A stretch of DNA of 57,131 nucleotides, filler included, from Sphacelaria rigidula (Eukaryota): NCBI GenBank assembly GCA_964200075.2. It is 7 parts of 7 records of this genome, joined end to end, with 100 filler letters (N's around TTAATTAATTAA, not from the genome) between each part and the next. Parts side by side here need not be neighbours in the genome. Positions count along the whole stretch, not along the records: positions 49,057 to 57,131 come from CAXNAA020012393.1; 6 more parts are not named here. The stretch is one strand, 5' to 3'. Positions 49,250 through 57,131 of the stretch are shown piece by piece (the stretch's first letter is position 1; the number at the start of each line of letters is the position of its first letter). Made by a program: the position numbers and the translations under genes. The notes under the pieces were generated by a model, which did no database searches, had not been told where the DNA came from, and saw only the letters and a program-made list of their open reading frames with translations.

Positions 49250-50870
49250 GCTAGTCGAAGGGGTGCTAAACTCCGAAAAGTGTCCGGGCTGGCCGAGGAC
49301 ATTTTATCGACCATATATCATGTTTACTCCTTTCTTTGGATACGCTTGATTGAAACTACATCCTTGACACGGAGGAATCGTGCGTTGAAGTCACGCCCTC
49401 CCTATTCAGACGCGACATACACCTTCACGCAGCTGACACATCCCGGGGTTTCATCTTTTTTTCGAATGTTTTATAGGCGTATCCTTAAAGCCTCGCAAAA
49501 AAGTAAAAAAAGTACGTTCCCGATTTGTTTTGCTGACCGCGGGGCGTGCCCTGAGAAAGGTTACACTTCGCCGCCCTCGTCGTTTTTTCGTCGCACTTTG
49601 AACTCCCTCCCTTCCTCGGGATGAGTCCGTGATCTCGGGGGATCAACCCAGCTCTCCCCCAATATATTTGAATCAAAGCAAATGGAGAATGAGCACAGAC
49701 GGAGGGAACTGGGGAGAAAACGTCGAAGGGGGTATATAAGCAGATACCTGTAAGCACTAGGAAAGAAGAAAGTAAGCATGACCGTTAGGGATGCTAAACG
49801 GGGGTGTTATCCCCCGAGAAGTATGTGGGCTGTTTGACCACACGTCACCGCCCAGAGACCACATTTGACGGAGGATCCTGAGGAATGGGGTTGAACATTA
49901 AAATTTGGGTCAACTTCAGAACAATACTTTCCCGACCCAAACTAATGGCGTATGACTTTCATGTATATAATCAGCAGGGGGATATCTCAAACTCGATGTT
50001 CGCGGTATGTTTCACAGTAATTTGCCGTCAAATATGTCGGGAACCCCGAGTTTGAGATGCCTCCAGCAACCCCCCCCCCGGAAAATCTCTCAGCAGTACT
50101 GCAGGTTTTTAGGGAAGCTTGAACAAAACTTGAAGAAGAACGTCCAACCCCGGGATGTGTCAGCGTTGTAGAGGTATATATGTAGCGTCTGAACACCAAG
50201 GGGCGTCACAAAAACCCTTGGACATCGAGCATCGCCTCGGAACAGTTTCACAGGCTGACAGTCCATGGACATCCGGAGTTTTCTTCGAATAAGCAGAGGC
50301 ACACCAGCATGCAGTAGGCTGTGTTCAGTGAGAGCGATGGCACGCTGAATGTATCTCGCTGTTATATCCAGCAAAGACACACAGCACACATGCTGACTCT
50401 GCACTAACGTAACCACTATGAAAGAAGGGAGTACGCGTGACCGTTAGGTATGCTAAACGGAGGAGGGGGGGAGGGGGGTGTTAGCCCTCGAACAGTGTCC
50501 GGGCTGTTCGACGATACCTCACCGACCATACACTACTCTTAACGGAGGATCCTGCGAAACGGGGTTGAACCAGGTTGAAGATTGAAATAAAGTTCAACTT
50601 GAACCAGTGCTTTGCTGACCTAACGTAGTGACATTTTACTTTCATAAATGGACGGCGTCATCCACTCCGATCTCCCCGAATCTATTTGGGGGGTTTCTAG
50701 CCTTCGGTTCCCGCAGAGGGTATGTGCGAAAACACATTTTGGCCTCGATTTTGGGGTGAACAGGGGGGCACTTTTCAGCGCGATAATGGTTTGTTGCACA
50801 TGATCATGCCTCGTGGGGGAACGGAAGCCTCGGAACCCCCCAAAATAGTTTCAGGGAGATCCTGGGGGAG
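49250..50870. repeat. Mosaic of diverged foldback-element modules related to 51175-51949
   Basis: GACCGTTAGG.ATGCTAAACGG...GGAGGATCCTG..AA.GGGGTTGAAC at ~49780 and ~50439; inverted CTGACACATCCCGGGGTT / AACCCCGGGATGTGTCAG at ~49433 and ~50146. Confidence 0.6.
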
Positions 50871-51174
50871 GGGGAGGGGGGGGTTACGTTGGTCGTATGT
50901 ATTACTCGTATCGCACACATCGCCGAGGACTAAGGTTTTTTATATGAATCTTTCTGTGAATACATGCAGATCCGGTTTCTCTCCTATTTCGTCTTCGGTA
51001 CAGAAGTGTGCGCTGTATGCACGTGGTGCAGATAAGCCGGGATGGTGGGGAGCAGTGTGTTGTTTATCTATGCTGACATCTATCTGCAGAGATGGAATTT
51101 TCCGCAGCGCTGCTTGTAGGAGTTGAACCTGCCAACAGAAACATGGCTCAGTTTCATCCACCATCCCCTGTTCG

Positions 51175-51949
51175 CACTGGCAGTGAACAGTGGATCCTCG
51201 AAAATGGGGTTGAAAACGAAATGAGGTTCAACTCGAAAGCCGTGCTCTCCCTGATCTAAGTTGACGACAGATGACTTTCACATGGACGACCTCATCCGTC
51301 CCGACCTCCCTGAAACTATTTCGGGGGATTTCTAGCCTTCCGTTCCCCCAACAGGGTATGTGCGAGAGCATGATTTTTTGTTGCTAAGAAGGGTCCTTTT
51401 TTCAGCCCGAAATCGAGGCGAAAGGGTGCTTTCGCGCATACTCTGTGGGGGAACGGAAGGCTAGAAATGCCCGAAAATAGTTTTGAAAAGGTCGGGAGGG
51501 ATAAAGTCGTCCATATGAAAGTAATTTGTAGTGAATTTAGGTCAGGGAAGGCACGGCTTTTGAGTCGAACCTCGTTCATTTTTAGCGAAAGTCTGTTTTT
51601 GCGCATACTCTCTGGGGGAACGGAAGGCTAGAAAACTCCCTAAATAGTTTTGGGAAAGTCGGGAGGGATAAAATCGTTCATATGAAAGTCATTCGTCATG
51701 AATTTAGGTCAGGGAAAGCACGACGTTTGAGTTGAACCTCATTTATTTTTGGCAAAAGTGTGCTTTCGCGCATATCCTTTGGGGGAACGGAAGGCTAAAA
51801 ATCCCCCAAAATAGTTTTAGGAAGGTCGGGAGGGATAAAGTCGTCCATATGAAAGTCACTTGTCATGAATTTAGGTTCGGGAAAGCACGTCTTTTGAGTT
51901 GAACCTCATTTATTTTTTCAACCCCATTTGCGAGAATCCACTGTCAGTG
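51175..51949. mobile_element. CACTG...CAGTG foldback (CACTA/EnSpm-like) non-autonomous transposon with a triplicated right arm
   Basis: The left arm 51175-~51375 is the inverse of a ~170-bp unit present three times in tandem (~51426, ~51593, ~51759). Ends are CACTG and CAGTG. Confidence 0.75.
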
Positions 51950-52111
51950 GACGCCAGTTCATCTTATAGAAGGAGCATGTGTGGGCGCGCCAGCCCGGGC
52001 CACACAGGAGGAATGCCAGCCCCGGAGTCTTTCATTTTGTTCCTCGTGTTCCACCTTCCTTTTGCGATGGGCATCGGTGCGTACGGTATCAGTCAGTCGG
52101 CGAGCAGTGCG

Positions 52112-52517
52112 GTGTGTGTGTGTGGGTATTTGTGTGTCATCCCATCTATTCTGGACGCCAGCAGTGTACACCTCATTTCGGTATATATGTGGATGTGGGC
52201 GCATCAGCCGGGGTCACGCAAGGCGAAGGCGAACACGGGAGTTTTATTATTCTTTCTTTCGTTTTGGTACTCCACCTTCCTTTTGCGGTGCTTGCAGGTG
52301 CTTGCCATATTTTTTTATCGCAAGAGGGATTCAGCAGTCCCTTTCCCTCGTCGGCTATGCAATCGAACTTCGGATACCCACGACATGTAGTCGCTCTCCC
52401 CTGTTGGGAATGGTGTGAGACAAATTCCAGTTCGTGTGACTTCATCGAGGTTCGAACCAACGACCCATCCGTCAAAAGGATCCGAGGTTACGAATTATTA
52501 AGCCACCGGGGCGACCG
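52112..52517 (-). mobile_element. Apparently full-length tRNA-derived SINE (~405 bp)
   Basis: The minus strand begins CGGTCGCCCCGGTGGCTTAATAA (A-box-like), has B-box GGTTCGAACC (52449-52458), and ends CTGGCGTCCAGAATAGATGGGATG plus a (CA)n tail. Other copies of the 3' end occur in the window. Confidence 0.7.
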
Positions 52518-53112
52518 ACCACTACTACTGGGTATTGCTCTTATTTTCGTCAATATTTTGAAGACAGACGATCGTTCCTGATACAGAGAGGTTCCTCTGC
52601 AATCGTCTTCATTTTAGAGTGCTTACAGTATCAACGCTCCCAATACAGATATGTTTATCCGTAGTTGTCTTGATTTGAAAGTATGTACACACACACTGAC
52701 ACACATGAGAGAGCCGTGAGTATCCCTCGCCAAGGCTATGCAGCTAGCTGTGTACTTTCCTGTACTGTCGAACCGTAACCCTCACCCTCACCCCAACAAA
52801 GGCAGACTGAGAACCTCCGGGCAAGGTGGGTGAAGGTCTTGCTAGTCTCTACACAGTGCTCTTTCTTTCGACAATCCGTGAGGTGGTGGATGAGGGCTAG
52901 CCGTATTTGTGCAACAAATTTTACTGAAGATGGAGTCGTAATCTGTCTTATTTGCATGGGCGGATATTTTGGTTCGGAGGTGGTAGGTATTACATACAGT
53001 ACAGTGTACACAGGAACATATCCATGAGAGAGTATAGAGCTCAACATTCCACCTTGCTGGTACACAACGCAGTTGGGTAAATAGATAAGGGCGGAGAGCA
53101 CACATCACACTA

Positions 53113-53562
53113 CGTTCTAGCAGCGCACGTACGTCGAACCCCCCGTTATTGGCTGATGGGTGTCCGGGTTAGCTGTGCAGTGCTTTGTTATGCTGACAAA
53201 AAAACACTGAATTACTGTGCATCACTGTCCCTGAGGGCTGTGCAACGTAAACACTGTCCCTGGGGGCTGTGCACTGCGCTTCAAATCTGGGAAGGGAAGC
53301 GGCCTCCTTTCGAGGGAACGTCCGGCGCTCAGCACACAATATACTAATCACTTTCAAACCCAAGGCGGGAACAACCACCAGGCAAGATGACAAAGCGTCC
53401 GACAGCAGCGCACTATGCTTTTTCCACCAGTCACCAGCGTACATAGCAGTGCGTTCTACTGCGTTCTAGCAGCCCACGTGCGTCGGTGGGCGATGGGTGC
53501 CCACGTTAGGTGACAGTACAGTGTTTTGCGATGCTGACAAAAAACACTGAAATGCTGTGCAC
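53113..53562. repeat. Diverged ~110-bp direct repeat, ~350 bp apart
   Basis: CGTTCTAGCAGC.CACGT.CGTC...ATGCTGACAAAAAA.CACTGAA..CTGTGCA at ~53113 and ~53462. Confidence 0.75.
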
Positions 53563-54044
53563 GGGTGCAATGTGTCGTATCTGTAGTGTCCAGACTACGC
53601 GGTTTTCAAATTCTATAGATATCCATACAATTCGACCGTTTACCGCGGAGCATTCTCCGGCCTGGTTCTGCAGGACGTGAGAGAAGAGTGACGATTTTCT
53701 CCTCTTCAGTCTGAGTCTGGTACAAAACATTGTTCCGATAAGGATCATTTGTATCTTGGCTACAGTATGGGTAATCCGGACACCCTCGTACTTGTTGGCA
53801 GTGTGGGAGCTGGCGACATTACGCTATTAATAAATAGGGTAATATTAAGACTATTAATAATCTAGGTGACTTGGTCTACTATTGTCGTTCTGTTCGACTT
53901 TCTTTTTATTTTTTCCTGCTCCTTCTTTTCTTTAGAGCGTGTTTTAGTTTCGTTTTTCTTGGGTACGTCATCATTAGACCACGGCTGAACCCCTGGGGGG
54001 TCAGTTAGAGTGCGGCAATCAATCAGTCAATCAATCAATCAAAG

Positions 54045-56470
54045 GTGCGAGTCTCTGAGGATCACGTCCATCTTGCCTATCCGTGCCTCACCCTTTTCCA
54101 TTTATTTATTCATGTGTATATCCCAAGAGCAGTGTTTTGATTTTCCTATGCCAAGGTATGTATACTGGTCTACGATCGGCACTTCCAATTCTCACCACTT
54201 CCAATTGAACTATATCGGATTTTTCTTATTTTCGTTACATACAAGTACCGCGTATTTTTTCACGTTCGCTGTAACTCTCCATTCCCTAGTGTATTTTAGC
54301 GCCTTCTCGACTTGCTCGTGCGACCCCTCTGATGATCTGATATCCCCACGGAATCATCCGTGAACATCAATCCTGATACCGTATGTTCCTCACCTAGACT
54401 CCTTGCTCTGCTGCTTCTGTTGCTATTATCAGGTCATGAAAAAATATTTTGAATGAACTGGGTGATAACGTATATCCTGGTGCCACTCCTCGTGGGATAT
54501 AATATATTTCGATGTTTCTCCGTCTAGCAACATGACACTTGTAGCACATTCTGTCACCTTCCTCACCATTCTCCACATATTTTCCTCTAATGCCGGGTTT
54601 CCACAACGTTTCCCACAGCCCCTATCTCCATACTGTGTCATAGGCCTTCTGTACGTCTAGAAAGAAACAATGACTCTCTCTGCCATAGCCCCCCAAACAA
54701 GTGGCTGGTTTGGGGAGGCGAAATCTACACGTAAATCGAAATGAAAAAAGCTGAGCACGATGAGCAGCTGAGGATTCCCACGCTTGGGTTCGTTTTCGCC
54801 ACTGTCGCCCATATAAGGCGCTTCCTGCAGCTTAAAACCAAACATCGGGCGCTGTATGACCTCGTGACAGTTTTAGGCTGGCTTCAATACGTTTACAGCC
54901 CGGCGTCTTTCCTAATGTGTACACAAAACAGCCGTTCATCGAAAATGAGGATGGAGCTTTCCATTGCGGATGATAACCCGGAAAGTTCAAATCTTCGTAT
55001 CCACACCAAATCTTCGAAATATGGTTTCATTACTTCACCTACTGGTGGTTATTGACAACTGCTACACGCCCTACAAATTTGGATTTCGAGAGCCAAAATG
55101 TTGCGGTTCTAAATGAAGAAACGATTTTTGGCAATGTAGATGATCCGATCCGATTGCTGAAATTCCCCGAAATGTTTTCTTCATCTAGGACCCCAACATT
55201 TCGGCTATCGAAATCAAAATTTGATGACGTGTAATACTAGTCAATAGCTACCTGTAGGTTGAGGAATGGCACCATATTTCGAACATGTGGTTTGGATACG
55301 AAGGTTTTGATTCTCCGGTTTCTCATCCTTGATGAAAAGCTCCATCCTCAATTTCGATGATCGGCTGTTACATGGCCTATGCAGCTACGTTTCGGTCTCA
55401 AACCTGTTTTCCTGTTGCTGATACTTTCTTCCTCATCTACATCGTTCCCACTCTATTCTTCAGAATCTTACAAAATGTTTTTTGAAGGGGTTCAGTAACG
55501 CTACCCCTCTTTTATTTCCTGGGCCGACCTTGTCTCCTTCCTTGACAAGGTTCACTACTCCTTCTCTCCACCTCTTGGATGTGTATTTGTTTTCTCAGAT
55601 CCAATAACACAGCAAAACTATCTTGGTAACCGTTCCCTCTCCCCCGTACTTGAGAAATTCGTTCATTTTTTCGTCTGCCCCTGCTGCCTTTCTGTTCTTG
55701 AGTTTAGCTGCACACACTTTTACTTCCTTTCTTGTGAAGTTTCTTTGCAATTCTTCTGAGCCGCTATATTCCTCTTTAGATGCCTCTACATTTGCCCCTG
55801 TCCACGCGTTGACTTCTGTCTCGAATTCCTGGTCGAACCTCTCTGTAGTTGTTGGTGTCCCCAGTTTTTTGTATTGCTCTGCTAGTATTTCTCTTTCCCC
55901 CTTCGAGGTACCAACCGTTTTACCGTGCTGTGCCCGTAGTGTGGCTACCCCCTTGTCTATCTTGCATTCCTGTTCGCATATTATCCTGCTTATTCCTACC
56001 CATATCCGCGTCATCCAGCCATCGAAATACTAACAAAATCACTGCGTCTTTCTACATTCCCTTATTTTTTTCTCTACCATATTTTCCACCTCCTTTCGAG
56101 CTTGAGCATACTCTTCTTATCCTACCGTAGTTTCACTCGATATGCATCTTGCGTTTACCTCTTTCCTTATTCTTATCGCCTCTTTTACATCATCTCGCCC
56201 ATTTTACGGCCCAGTTGCATGCGATTAATTTCCTCCCTATGACTTTACTTGACGTGGTCTTGGCCGATTGTTCCCATCCTTCTACAACCTTCGCTCCTGC
56301 CCGATCCCTTTCCATTTCGGTTTCAACTGTACCTACGCTTTCCAAAACATCGTACAATTTCGCTGCATATTTGGTAATTTTGTTTTTGGAATTCTCGATG
56401 CTTTTCTTGTAGTTACAGTTCATCTATTCTCCATTTGTACAACGTCCTATCCCATCTATTTATTATAGCT
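54045..56470 (-). mobile_element. Decayed non-LTR retrotransposon (LINE) RT region with nested insertions
   Basis: KLKNRKAAGADE..NEFLKYGG, W.EGVVNL.K.GD, KTFCKIL, HVYTLG, CFFLDVQKAYDTVWR and RGVAPG.TLSP..F.IF..DL are LINE RT motifs. Stops and frameshifts are present. Confidence 0.9.
54926..55369. mobile_element. 444-bp TIR element (~115-bp TIRs, ACA target duplication) inserted in the LINE
   Basis: AACAGCCGTTCATCGAAAATGAGGATGGAGCTTT ... AAAGCTCCATCCTCAATTTCGATGATCGGCTGTT, with ACA on both flanks. Removing it restores LINE codons GHVYTLG. Confidence 0.85.
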
Positions 56471-56589
56471 CTCGTCTACTGGCTGTCTGTCCACAATCGA
56501 CAATGATCTGTAGTTCCCACGTCGTCTGTATGTGCATGTACTTCCATGCCATTACTGTTTCCATATTCCACCACTATATATTCAAGAAT

Positions 56590-57131
56590 GGGGGTGTACT
56601 CATGATCTTGCATGCCGTAGTCATATGCCCGTTGACCTCGCATCCCTAGAAAGCCGGGACGGGGTACGCCGGGTTTTCGCCGGACCAGGCTTGCATTCAA
56701 TCACCAAGCGCGAAGCGCCGTGGTGTGTTGGGGAGGGGGGAGGGGGGAGTGAACGTGTGACGAACCAGTGCGTGATCTCAAGGGATCATTCCGGCTCTCC
56801 CCGGGTACACCCCTTACGTTTTGGTGTCCGAGGCTGGATGAGCATTCCCGCACAGCATCAACCGTTTTCTAATGAACCCATCTTGCTACTCACACACGCA
56901 ATTTCAACGATTGAAGTCGAATACCTTTTCAGAGAGAAAACAAAAGCATTTGGGATGATTCGAAACCCGCTTCTTCTTACCGATCTCATCTCAGTTGTAC
57001 CAGATGAACTTCCGGGACGCGGCGGTATGATCACTCATATTGTTCACAAATTCACCCCCTCCCCTCCCTTGCTCCGTCTCGAAAGGGATGCGTGGTCAAT
57101 GGTCAAATGACTAAGGCAAGCAACAAACGAG
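56590..57131. mobile_element. ~550-bp non-autonomous element with ~55-bp imperfect TIRs starting GGGGG(T/C)GTACTC (right end cut by window)
   Basis: Left end GGGGGTGTACTCATGATC...GTCATATGCCCGTTGACCTCGCATCCCT; right end AGGGATGCGTGGTCAATGGTCAAATGACTAAGGCAAGCAACAAACGAG. Confidence 0.7.

Noticed and set aside
52440-52517. Functional tRNA gene
   Set aside because: A B-box is present, but I could not fold a complete cloverleaf and it continues into a repeated SINE body.

Overview
This is eukaryotic nuclear DNA, most likely from a brown alga (Phaeophyceae). That is inferred from the long GT-AG introns, degenerate CCCTAA tracts, a nuclear plastid ATP-synthase assembly factor gene and the repeat and LINE types. 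It is not one contiguous locus: seven unrelated contigs of 8077, 8077, 8076, 8076, 8075, 8075 and 8075 bp are joined by identical artificial 100-nt linkers (N44-TTAATTAATTAA-N44). Contig 1 carries a spliced DZIP1/Iguana-like gene followed by a 174-bp-stem RNA-type hairpin. Contig 2 carries a CGL160/ATP synthase protein I gene, a 42-bp minisatellite and a gypsy remnant. Contig 3 is the 5' part of a decayed Ty3/Gypsy element with LTR, probable PBS and an unusually long gag region. Contig 4 holds seven internal exons of UFL1. Contig 5 has a (CAA)n tract and a CXC zinc-finger relic resembling AcademX transposons. Contigs 6 and 7 are transposon graveyards: Copia and LINE relics, a tRNA-derived SINE, several MITE/foldback elements with nested insertions, and 43-bp arrays. 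No CRISPR, rRNA or intact tRNA was found. The best novelty candidate is the long G-U-biased hairpin at 5001-5392, a possible miRNA/hairpin-siRNA locus. All protein calls are motif recognition by eye, with no database search.
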